Notes under the pieces: generated by a model
Databases searched by the model: none
Seen by the model: the letters and a program-made list of their open reading frames with translations, nothing else
What the model was told of the DNA's origin: nothing
Made by a program: the position numbers and the translations under genes
From: a virus
Lineage: Duplodnaviria; Caudoviricetes
Virus record (IMG/VR): IMGVR_UViG_3300031418_000007
DNA length: 64,000 nucleotides
Direction: 5' to 3' (one strand)
Shown here: positions 56,074 to 63,728 of the stretch, piece by piece
How the letters are laid out: every line of letters starts with the position of its first letter
How positions within the stretch are numbered: position 1 is the stretch's first letter

Positions 56074-56172
56074 TTACATACACCAAACCCAAATAGAGGA
56101 GATGATGATGGCGATAATTAAAATAACTTCGATTGTGTCTGGTTTGTAAAAATTGGTTTCTGGAACGGTCAT
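56074..56172 (-). CDS. 32-aa single-TM micropeptide (not in ORF track)
   Basis: AGGGG RBS; reads MTVPETNFYKPDTIEVILIIAIIISSIWVWCM*. Confidence 0.6.
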   Translation of the reverse strand: MTVPETNFYKPDTIEVILIIAIIISSIWVWCM

Positions 56173-56282
56173 GGTAATGCCCCTAGTGTAAATTAAAATT
56201 AAAAGCTGAATTATAAATCTTCTTGTGACAGCGCAGTCTTCACTGGCTTAAAGATGTTCAACATGCTGTCAGAAACTGATTC

Positions 56283-56690
56283 TTAAAGACCAGCTACTTC
56301 AGCAACTAATACGTTGAACTCTTTTTCTACAGCACAGTTAGTGTTGTACACGCCAGTAACAGCCCACAGCCATTCGATACCACGAGCGGTAATGAATGCA
56401 CGGTATTCTGCCCACAGGCTTTTCATGTCGTTGGCTTTTGCTTTCACAACTGACATGTTGTTTTTGATCCAGGTATAAACGCTTGCATAACGGTCAAAGC
56501 TAGATTCGGTGTTGTTGATGATATCAATAGCGCGATCAACATCGGATTCAAAGATGGTGATTTCGTTGGCTCTTGGGTTAGAGAAAATAAAGCGACGTTC
56601 AGCGATACGGATGATAGTTGCTTTAGGTGCAGTGATGTTCATGCGAACTAATTCAATGAACTCTTTAGATAATACGTAAGTCAGTTTCAT
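56283..56690 (-). CDS. Hypothetical protein (early-type)
   Basis: 135 aa; AAGG RBS and a motif copy upstream. Confidence 0.75.
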   Translation of the reverse strand: MKLTYVLSKEFIELVRMNITAPKATIIRIAERRFIFSNPRANEITIFESDVDRAIDIINNTESSFDRYASVYTWIKNNMSVVKAKANDMKSLWAEYRAFITARGIEWLWAVTGVYNTNCAVEKEFNVLVAEVAGL

Positions 56691-56746
56691 AATAAATACC
56701 TTATTTAAATTAGTAATAAAACATTATTGTTTTACTATTCACCCTG

Positions 56747-56754
56747 GTTATATA
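56747..56754 (-). promoter_or_regulatory. Early promoter variant TATATAAC
   Basis: Minus strand reads ggtc-TATATAAC-cagggtg. Confidence 0.55.
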
Positions 56755-56873
56755 GACCTGAAACCAACTGTATTCTAATATTTGACGTATATAGAGGGAA
56801 TGGTATGAGGGGCATTATTTCATTGTATTTACTTAACCCCTTAGCCCCTCATTACCCCATGAGAGGAATTACC

Positions 56874-59228
56874 ATGCCTGTTATCAATCCCAGCGTTATC
56901 GGTTCCTGGTCTGAATTAGCGAAAGTTAAACCTTCAGGCGCAGGCGACATCATCGAACTTCAGTCGTATTACGCAGGTAATATGTACGGTGGTGGTTCAT
57001 TTGTAGCGCGGGTAGGCAGCCCAGTAGATGACGGCGGAACCATCTGTCGTGTCACTGACGCTAACTTCTATTGGGAGCGTATTATCCATGATGCCAACAA
57101 ACTCGATGTCACACACTTCGGTGCAGTGCGCGATGGCAAAACGGATAGTGCAACGGCATGTTTAAGGATGATTGCCTGGTGCGATAAGAAAGGCGCACCG
57201 TTCAGCAACATCGGGTGTCAATTCCCGGCCGGTAACTTTTCTATCGGTAATATTGATTTGAGTGCCAAGGAACGCGGAATGTTCCGGTTTGTAGGCGCCC
57301 CGGTAGTGTTTGGGTATTTCGGCACTACGCGCCTCTACTTAGACGGCACAAAAGTCGTTGATGAAAAGACGGGTGAAATGGTCCCCGCCTTGCTGGTTAA
57401 TGCGCGTAAGACAGAGATTGCGCATTTCATCATTGACGGCCGTAACGACAAAACCCCTAATAAACGTGGCTTCTTCAAGAACGTTACCCAGGGCGGCGAA
57501 TACATCCATGCGTCTTATTGGCGTGCGGATTGCGTCGGTGGTATTCTGTTTGATGTTTTAGATACACTGGATACGCGGTTCGAAGAGTGGTACGCCTCTA
57601 AGTGTGCAGACACCCTGATTCGTAACCGTTGGTCAAATGCGACCTGGGGTTCATGGTACCACACTACTGCTGTGGAACTGTCTAACTTCAACATCCAGGG
57701 ACAGACCGGTCCTAACCCGGCTATCGACATGCCTAAGTGTACCCAGTCGTTTATTAAGAACGGTTGGATTGAACACTGTAATAACCCAGGTGCGTTGATT
57801 GACGGACAGTGGCTGATCGATGGTTTAAGTATTGAAGGTTGTACACTGCCGTTTGACCTCACGCATAACCGCACCATCATGCGTGGTATCAACTTGCAGT
57901 CAGGTTCCTGGATTCAGTACAGTAACCCAGACGTAGGTGACTCGCAGCCATATGAGCGTGGTCGCTTGCAGCAGGAAAACTACGGTACGCGTCAGTACGG
58001 TAGCATGGCGTATAACTACTTGCATTCCAACATTCGCTTCAAGAACGACACGGATCAGCCAGTGTGGATCTGTGTGGGTAACTGGCAGTGCGTTGACCCT
58101 AACGACATGACCAAGTTCCGTGTAATGGGTGCGGGTGGTACAGTAGGTGGTGAGGGTGCACTCTCTCCTTACGGTTCTGATAACTTCGGTGGTGGCGAAC
58201 TCGAAATGAGTCTGCGTCGCAACCCGGTTAAAGATCGTCGTCAAGAAGGTGCGGTTACAGTACGCGGTAAGTCACCTGTTCTGGATATCGCGGTTACGCG
58301 TGCCTGGGACAATGACATCACCGTTTACATTCAACTGCCGGCGAATTGCGGTTGGGTGAACTGTTACCTGGAAACCAGCGGTCACTCTCGCTTCACCAAC
58401 GGCACGCCGTTCCACTGGACTTATAAAGGCGACATCGTTTCTGATGCTGACTTTAAGAAACTGGGAACAGCGCGTCCGCGCAATGCAACAGCGCTGGGAA
58501 CCTTGACTCACGGCCTCGCTATTATGGAAGATGGCGTACTGAACCTGCAAACTCGCGAACTCACCAGTGACGGTAAATTAGTGCTGAATCTCAACGGCAC
58601 CTACTACACTGTTCCTGTTGAGAAAGCAGCCTACTACAGCGATTGCTTCATGCGTAACGCACCTCTGTCTGGCCGTGTGCTTGACAATGGCTTAGGTGGG
58701 ATGTTCGAAACCAAATGGGGTAACTGGGGTGTCAACGGCGGAGCAAACACCAACAACGGTGTGCTGAGCCTGATCCAGAAATCCAAATGTGCGGCTGGTA
58801 TGGACACGACGTTAACAGATCTGGAAGTGCAGTTCAAACTGCTGACCGGGCCGGCTAACGTAACAGATGTGTTGTCCACCTCGTTTGAATTCCGTCGCAG
58901 TAACTGGAATGCAGATACCGCTGCCTATGTGTTAAGCTTCCTCGGCAAAGACAGTGATGGCTTCAACAAGCTGGCGCTGTTCCGTCGTGATGTGAATGCA
59001 GACAAAACTTTCACCCTGACCAAACTGAACAGCAATGACATCCGTTGTTCAGATAATCAGGTGTTGAAGGTCAATGTTAAAGGTGATGTAATTCGTCTGT
59101 TTGCAGACGCTGCACTGTTAACCAGCGTAGAAGATACCGTCATCGACAAAGGCACATATGTAGCGTTTGGCATGTGGGATAATAACCGCGGCATGACAGT
59201 AACAGACTTCAAAGTCAGTCAGGCATAA
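56874..59228 (+). CDS. AmsF/WceF-like tailspike-fold (beta-helix) exopolysaccharide-modifying/depolymerase protein with C-terminal lectin-like domain
   Basis: Start moved to ATG 56874 after an AGAGGA RBS; 784 aa. Tailspike N-terminus (GGGSF, DDGG, DVTHFGAVRDGKTDS). Segments DTLDT...WYAS, TAVELSNFN, CTQSFIKNGWIEH, GQWLIDGLSIE and NLQSGSWI resemble Erwinia AmsF / Pantoea WceF (from recall). Confidence 0.75.
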   Translation: MPVINPSVIGSWSELAKVKPSGAGDIIELQSYYAGNMYGGGSFVARVGSPVDDGGTICRVTDANFYWERIIHDANKLDVTHFGAVRDGKTDSATACLRMIAWCDKKGAPFSNIGCQFPAGNFSIGNIDLSAKERGMFRFVGAPVVFGYFGTTRLYLDGTKVVDEKTGEMVPALLVNARKTEIAHFIIDGRNDKTPNKRGFFKNVTQGGEYIHASYWRADCVGGILFDVLDTLDTRFEEWYASKCADTLIRNRWSNATWGSWYHTTAVELSNFNIQGQTGPNPAIDMPKCTQSFIKNGWIEHCNNPGALIDGQWLIDGLSIEGCTLPFDLTHNRTIMRGINLQSGSWIQYSNPDVGDSQPYERGRLQQENYGTRQYGSMAYNYLHSNIRFKNDTDQPVWICVGNWQCVDPNDMTKFRVMGAGGTVGGEGALSPYGSDNFGGGELEMSLRRNPVKDRRQEGAVTVRGKSPVLDIAVTRAWDNDITVYIQLPANCGWVNCYLETSGHSRFTNGTPFHWTYKGDIVSDADFKKLGTARPRNATALGTLTHGLAIMEDGVLNLQTRELTSDGKLVLNLNGTYYTVPVEKAAYYSDCFMRNAPLSGRVLDNGLGGMFETKWGNWGVNGGANTNNGVLSLIQKSKCAAGMDTTLTDLEVQFKLLTGPANVTDVLSTSFEFRRSNWNADTAAYVLSFLGKDSDGFNKLALFRRDVNADKTFTLTKLNSNDIRCSDNQVLKVNVKGDVIRLFADAALLTSVEDTVIDKGTYVAFGMWDNNRGMTVTDFKVSQA

Positions 59229-59243
59229 AAAAATAAGTAACCT

Positions 59244-59275
59244 TAATACTCCTACCCTTGCGGGTAGGAGTATTA
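59244..59275. terminator. Conserved convergent-junction hairpin
   Basis: TAATACTCCTACCC-TTGC-GGGTAGGAGTATTA. Confidence 0.8.
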
Positions 59276-59288
59276 TTCAAAAGATCTG

Positions 59289-59930
59289 TTAAAGAAAACG
59301 ACCACGGTTCATATATTCATGATACGCAGGATTGGTGTTCAGGGCTTCTAGAACACTGTTAGGGATGAGCTTCATGCAGGCTTTGAAATCCTTGTCACTG
59401 GAAGTACAAACGTCATACAGCGCCTGTGGTTTCTTTATATGCCATACCTTATCCACACTGTGGTTTTGGTAATAATCCACCACCATAAAGAATGTGGCTT
59501 TATCAGTGATGATCATATACTGACCTTCACCGTCTTGACCGTAGAACAACCCGGGTGTTTCTTCGATCTCATGGATGTCCACAAAATCCCAGCGGAAGTC
59601 ACTGTTAAAATCCAACGCCGTCCAAAGCTTGCGTGAATCGATTTCAAAAACACCCAACAGTTTGTTTGCTTGATCACGGATTGAAAACTGAAGGTCGCTT
59701 TCTTGTACCGCAAGACTGACAACATGACCAGGGGCGAAACGCTGAGTCCAGTCTTGAGGAAGTTGCAATAACACCGGGTTAGCGATCTTACAAACTTCCA
59801 AGCACGCCGCAATAGCAAACGGACCTTCATCGGTTAAATGAACGGGGTCAATGTTTTCCAACATTACCGACACGCCGTTCTTACCCTGGATTTTGATTTC
59901 CAGCTTTTTAGTGACCTTTACGCTGCCCAT
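59289..59930 (-). CDS. Hypothetical protein, paralog of 59933..60529
   Basis: 213 aa; colinear motif matches with its neighbour. Confidence 0.75.
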   Translation of the reverse strand: MGSVKVTKKLEIKIQGKNGVSVMLENIDPVHLTDEGPFAIAACLEVCKIANPVLLQLPQDWTQRFAPGHVVSLAVQESDLQFSIRDQANKLLGVFEIDSRKLWTALDFNSDFRWDFVDIHEIEETPGLFYGQDGEGQYMIITDKATFFMVVDYYQNHSVDKVWHIKKPQALYDVCTSSDKDFKACMKLIPNSVLEALNTNPAYHEYMNRGRFL

Positions 59931-59932
59931 AA

Positions 59933-60529
59933 TTATTCTTCTTCCTCTTTTTCATAAATGCCGCGCAACGTTAATGGTAAGCGAGAAACGGCATTTAAAT
60001 AAGTCGTCTTATCACTGGTGTCAATATCGACGATGGAGAAGGGCTCGGAGTTGAGGAATACGCTTGTAATCCCGCCTAGTCCACCCTCACCCACAAGAAT
60101 GATGTATTCTGTTTGATCCGTCACCAACATTGTGCCCGCAATGTTAATTGTTTTAACCAGACTATTAACAAGAATGCCGCGGCGCAACGCGTCCCGAAGA
60201 CCCAATTCATCGGTTTTGTAAAAGCTTTGGATTTCATCCACAGAGATCTCAAATTCTACCGAACCCTGTTTGTTCTTTAAAACAAAGTAGATATGTCCGA
60301 ACACGTTACGGCAAACGGACACACCCACACACCACGGCATGTGCTGATACCACTCCATTGGTAGCGGAACACTTACGGCTTCCTTGAATTGAGCGGCATC
60401 CAATAACAACATAATACGGAACGGTGTCATGGATGCTTCGTTGAGTTCGATATTGCGCAGATAAAAGAAATCCAGGTTTTCATTTTGAATTTCGATATCA
60501 ATCGTGCTTTTTACTGTTTTGATCGGCAT
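59933..60529 (-). CDS. Hypothetical protein, paralog of 59289..59930
   Basis: 198 aa; colinear motif matches with its neighbour. Confidence 0.75.
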   Translation of the reverse strand: MPIKTVKSTIDIEIQNENLDFFYLRNIELNEASMTPFRIMLLLDAAQFKEAVSVPLPMEWYQHMPWCVGVSVCRNVFGHIYFVLKNKQGSVEFEISVDEIQSFYKTDELGLRDALRRGILVNSLVKTINIAGTMLVTDQTEYIILVGEGGLGGITSVFLNSEPFSIVDIDTSDKTTYLNAVSRLPLTLRGIYEKEEEE

Positions 60530-60621
60530 TTGTATTTGTCCCTTTACCTAGGTTGATAAGTGTTATAATCTTTCTAATGCGGTATTCAAAAGACCTGATC
60601 GATGATATTACATCCATCCCC

Positions 60622-60990
60622 TTAGCTGATTGGTTTCACTCTTTCTTTATGTAAAAGCTCGAGTTCATCCTCAGTGATAACGCGGACCTTGACTAACGTT
60701 CTTCCCTGGAGTATAGCGCTGCAAAGACGATGAAAGCCATCAAGTATAACCCAACGGCGTGGAATGGTTTGCTCTGTAACAATCAACGGGTACACAGTTT
60801 TAGCACGCCCAATGCGCCCCGCGTCTAATTCAGACATGTCCCCGATAATCCAATCCAGCTGTGCTATCTTCATTTCACGCATGGGTTTGTTTTCTGTGGC
60901 GTCCAGCAAATCATCTACAAAGAAATCACGTCCTTCATGATGAACATAACTGCTAGCGCCTTCACGATACTTTATCTTCTCTTCTTGCAT
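60622..60990 (-). CDS. Stand-alone ParB/sulfiredoxin-like domain protein
   Basis: YPLIV...WVILDGFHRLCSAILQG..VKV is the ParB/Srx signature. Start moved to ATG 60990 after an AGGGG RBS. Confidence 0.75.
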   Translation of the reverse strand: MQEEKIKYREGASSYVHHEGRDFFVDDLLDATENKPMREMKIAQLDWIIGDMSELDAGRIGRAKTVYPLIVTEQTIPRRWVILDGFHRLCSAILQGRTLVKVRVITEDELELLHKERVKPIS

Positions 60991-61238
60991 GGTCTGCCCC
61001 TGCGACGTGATGAACACGTTGCATGTTTAGGTGGAATATTTTTAGGCTGGTAACCCCAATGATTGTAGTAATAAGTATCTTGCTGTTTAATGCAGATAGT
61101 GCGATATACATTATAGGTTTCCTTTAAATGGGAGCCGATAACCCGCCCCACGTCCGGAAATCCTACAAACACGACCTCGATAGCAGCTTGCACATCCGGA
61201 TCGAGTTCTTCATCAAGACAAACTACTTCATCATCCAT
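60972..61238 (-). CDS. Small hypothetical protein
   Basis: 88 aa; acidic N-terminus and basic C-terminus. Confidence 0.55.
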   Translation of the reverse strand: MDDEVVCLDEELDPDVQAAIEVVFVGFPDVGRVIGSHLKETYNVYRTICIKQQDTYYYNHWGYQPKNIPPKHATCSSRRRGRPCKKRR

Positions 61239-61246
61239 AGCAACTC

Positions 61247-61831
61247 TCAATAATAATGTGTGAAAGGAAGCGCACCTGCATTGATATGACGATGTTTGGT
61301 GAATAACTGCATCGCCACATACTTAGCGCTTTTACGTTTATGCCAACGCTTTAGACGTCTACGCACACTAGCGCTCTTCACGAAGTGTTGTACAACGCAT
61401 ACCGCGTCAGGGACAATCTCTGTATACTCAATACCCCAACGCGCTAAGAATGCCTTATAGAAGCCCTGGAAGTCATACCCCTGAGGCACATACCCATTCC
61501 CGCCGTAATCACCCATCTCCATTTCATCCAGGTTGTAACCGAGCTCGTGTAACTTCCACGCTGTTACTACTGGAATCGGGTAACCTTGTGGGTACAAGGT
61601 GTCATAGGCAATTCCATCAACCTCTAACCAGGCATGCAAGCAGTGTGAGTAGAGGCGAGATTTAATCCCGTAGGTTTGTTTCAGCACTTGACCCGCTAAA
61701 TGCGCCACGACATAGCACTGGCCGGCGTTAAGTATCCTAACGGTTTTGCAAAGATCAGGCATGCCGAAGTAACGCTGGTAGAATAACACAATGTCATTCA
61801 TCACCAGTTCAACAGTTTGGCTCTTGTTCAT
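61247..61831 (-). CDS. Putative transglutaminase/papain-like Cys-His-Asp protein
   Basis: LNAGQCYVVA and HAWLEVDGIAYD. Start moved to ATG 61831 after a GAGGT RBS. Confidence 0.6.
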   Translation of the reverse strand: MNKSQTVELVMNDIVLFYQRYFGMPDLCKTVRILNAGQCYVVAHLAGQVLKQTYGIKSRLYSHCLHAWLEVDGIAYDTLYPQGYPIPVVTAWKLHELGYNLDEMEMGDYGGNGYVPQGYDFQGFYKAFLARWGIEYTEIVPDAVCVVQHFVKSASVRRRLKRWHKRKSAKYVAMQLFTKHRHINAGALPFTHYY

Positions 61832-61832
61832 A

Positions 61833-62276
61833 TCAATAACCTCGGCGCGAGTTATTGTTCTTGCGGAAGTGGGTGTCGTTGACAAATGACCCGCCTTGGC
61901 GGTGTTTAGCTAGCTTGCGGTGTTTAACCCTGCGCGGTGCATTAGTGGGGTAATAGGCTGCCGCCTGTCCTTCTGCGGAATAGATCCACTTACTGTCAAT
62001 ATCCGGATGGTATTTATCAAACTCACCCTTCATGTACTGTAAATGTTCCAAACCTAGTGGAGCGTTGAGATCCCAACTCACCCGTGAGATATCAGCATCG
62101 AAAGCAATATTGTCTGGTTTAACCACCGCGAACTTTACAACGCCATTTTTGAATTCAGCGGTAATCACTGAACCTGTTGCTTTAACATCTTCGGTGATAA
62201 ACAGATCGAACTGATCTTCGTTATAACCGCGCTCGGCCATCATGTTCAGGAATACTTCCATAACTCTATTTTTCAT
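61833..62276 (-). CDS. Hypothetical protein with basic C-terminal tail
   Basis: Start moved to ATG 62276 after a GAGGT RBS; 147 aa. Confidence 0.7.
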   Translation of the reverse strand: MKNRVMEVFLNMMAERGYNEDQFDLFITEDVKATGSVITAEFKNGVVKFAVVKPDNIAFDADISRVSWDLNAPLGLEHLQYMKGEFDKYHPDIDSKWIYSAEGQAAAYYPTNAPRRVKHRKLAKHRQGGSFVNDTHFRKNNNSRRGY

Positions 62277-62283
62277 AACGACC

Positions 62284-62964
62284 TCAAGGATAGTAAGTGG
62301 CGTAAACGCGATCAATGCACTGCATCAGTGCAACGCGGTCATCGACAATACGGCAAATGTTTTGAATCAGGTTTTTATTGATCTCCCAACCAATGCCCGG
62401 GTAAGACTTCCACATGTAGCCATTGGTGCCGCATTTTTCCTGCATGTGTTCAAAGACCTCTTTCTTGAGATCTTCTGTAATGCGCGGCTGATCACCAGCC
62501 ATGCGGAACACAATACAGCGACGGATCATCTCATCCAGATTAGGTTCACCACGATCGGCAAGTGCTACGTAATCACTCTGATAAGAGGAACGGGGTTTGT
62601 CCCAACTTGCACGGTGCTCAAGACAAGTAGTGGCGATCGTTAATGCGTCTTCCTCATCAAACATCCCGGTGGCGTATTCGTCTAACATTTTGAAAGCAAG
62701 ACCGAAAGAGATAACGTGATGGTTTTCACGATTATAACGACACCCCAGGTCATGCATTAAACAACCTGCCAGAATGATAGAACGATCATGTGCGCTAACG
62801 TTACCCTGGGTCAACTGCAAACCATAACGACAGACGTTAAAGACGTGGTCCACGTTGTGCGCAGCGTCATTATGTAAGATGCTTTCGTAACAGGCTTTAA
62901 TCAGGGAGCGACGTAGGTGTTTCTCCAACAGTGCGTTATACATTTCCAACTTAACAAGTGCCAT
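62284..62964 (-). CDS. HD-domain phosphohydrolase
   Basis: Motifs NDAAH..DH, MHDLG, HHVIS, EHRAS and ALADRG give the H...HD...D set. Confidence 0.85.
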   Translation of the reverse strand: MALVKLEMYNALLEKHLRRSLIKACYESILHNDAAHNVDHVFNVCRYGLQLTQGNVSAHDRSIILAGCLMHDLGCRYNRENHHVISFGLAFKMLDEYATGMFDEEDALTIATTCLEHRASWDKPRSSYQSDYVALADRGEPNLDEMIRRCIVFRMAGDQPRITEDLKKEVFEHMQEKCGTNGYMWKSYPGIGWEINKNLIQNICRIVDDRVALMQCIDRVYATYYP

Positions 62965-62999
62965 TTCAATTTCCTTTATAAGGTTAGGTGTCTACCCAG

Positions 63000-63007
63000 A
63001 TAATGTA
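63000..63007 (-). promoter_or_regulatory. Early promoter variant TACATTAT
   Basis: Minus strand reads gttc-TACATTAT-ctgggtag, 36 nt upstream of the HD gene. Confidence 0.65.
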
Positions 63008-63062
63008 GAACTAAAAAATAATCGACTAGACAATAATGTATTTAGTAAAAAGACATGCATAA

Positions 63063-63092
63063 CTAACTACCTGCCCTGTGGCAGGTAGTTAG
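63063..63092 (-). terminator. Intrinsic terminator (hairpin-family relative)
   Basis: CTAACTACCTGCC-CTGT-GGCAGGTAGTTAG, a 13-bp stem. Confidence 0.75.
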
Positions 63093-63105
63093 GAGTTATA
63101 TCAAC

Positions 63106-63705
63106 TTACGGAGTGGTTTCAGTAGGTTGTTCAGTGTTTCCACTACCGGCTTCACCACTGGCGCCAGTGTCGGGGGCAGTGCCGATATCAGTGGGTGGAG
63201 TTGTTTCCACCGGGTCCAATACCGTAGACGGCCAACCGTTATCCAGCATGGTGATATCAAACGCATCCGCGTCAATCAGTTCACGGATATCTTTTTCGTG
63301 AGCATAACACGCCAAAGTATATTCCATGACTTTATTGAACAACGCCTTCATCTCTTCCAACGTCAACTGGACATAACTGCCGTCTTGGAGTTTGAAGTCA
63401 GTGGATGCTGGCGCGTATTGAATGAGCGCCATCAGCGCCATACGAGCACGATCATCTGTGTCGTAAACCTTGCCGCCCCACGTTACACCCATTTCTTCGC
63501 GCGCCAGGCGATTGACTTCAACCTGCGCAATATAACGTGCGCGATTCAACACCCACGCGTATTGCCCGAAGTTCCAGTCCCACAACGAAGAGTATTCGTC
63601 GGGTTTTTTGGTACACTCTGCGTAACCCCATGGCGACATATTGTCCGCACTGGGTGTATAATCGGATCCGTCATAACGAATCCAGTAACGCATGCTATCG
63701 TCCAT
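63106..63705 (-). CDS. DUF4376-like tail fiber assembly/accessory protein
   Basis: GVTWGGKVYDTDDRAR...FKLQDGSYVQLTLEEMKAL...ACYAHEK fits the DUF4376 pattern; follows a fiber-like gene. Confidence 0.7.
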   Translation of the reverse strand: MDDSMRYWIRYDGSDYTPSADNMSPWGYAECTKKPDEYSSLWDWNFGQYAWVLNRARYIAQVEVNRLAREEMGVTWGGKVYDTDDRARMALMALIQYAPASTDFKLQDGSYVQLTLEEMKALFNKVMEYTLACYAHEKDIRELIDADAFDITMLDNGWPSTVLDPVETTPPTDIGTAPDTGASGEAGSGNTEQPTETTP

Positions 63706-63728
63706 CTTTGCTCCCCTGTCAATGATAC

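Noticed and set aside
56727-56873. 49-aa N-terminal extension of the AmsF-like ORF given by the track
   Set aside because: It runs through an AT-rich promoter region; the RBS supports ATG 56874. Similar over-extended starts were corrected at 2950, 27843, 33488, 42411, 54098, 61017, 61250, 61885 and 62315.
6127-59275. Repeated hairpins interpreted as CRISPR repeats, MITEs or IS ends
   Set aside because: Copies are dispersed singly, with no spacers, target-site duplications or transposase; they are kept only as a terminator-like family.
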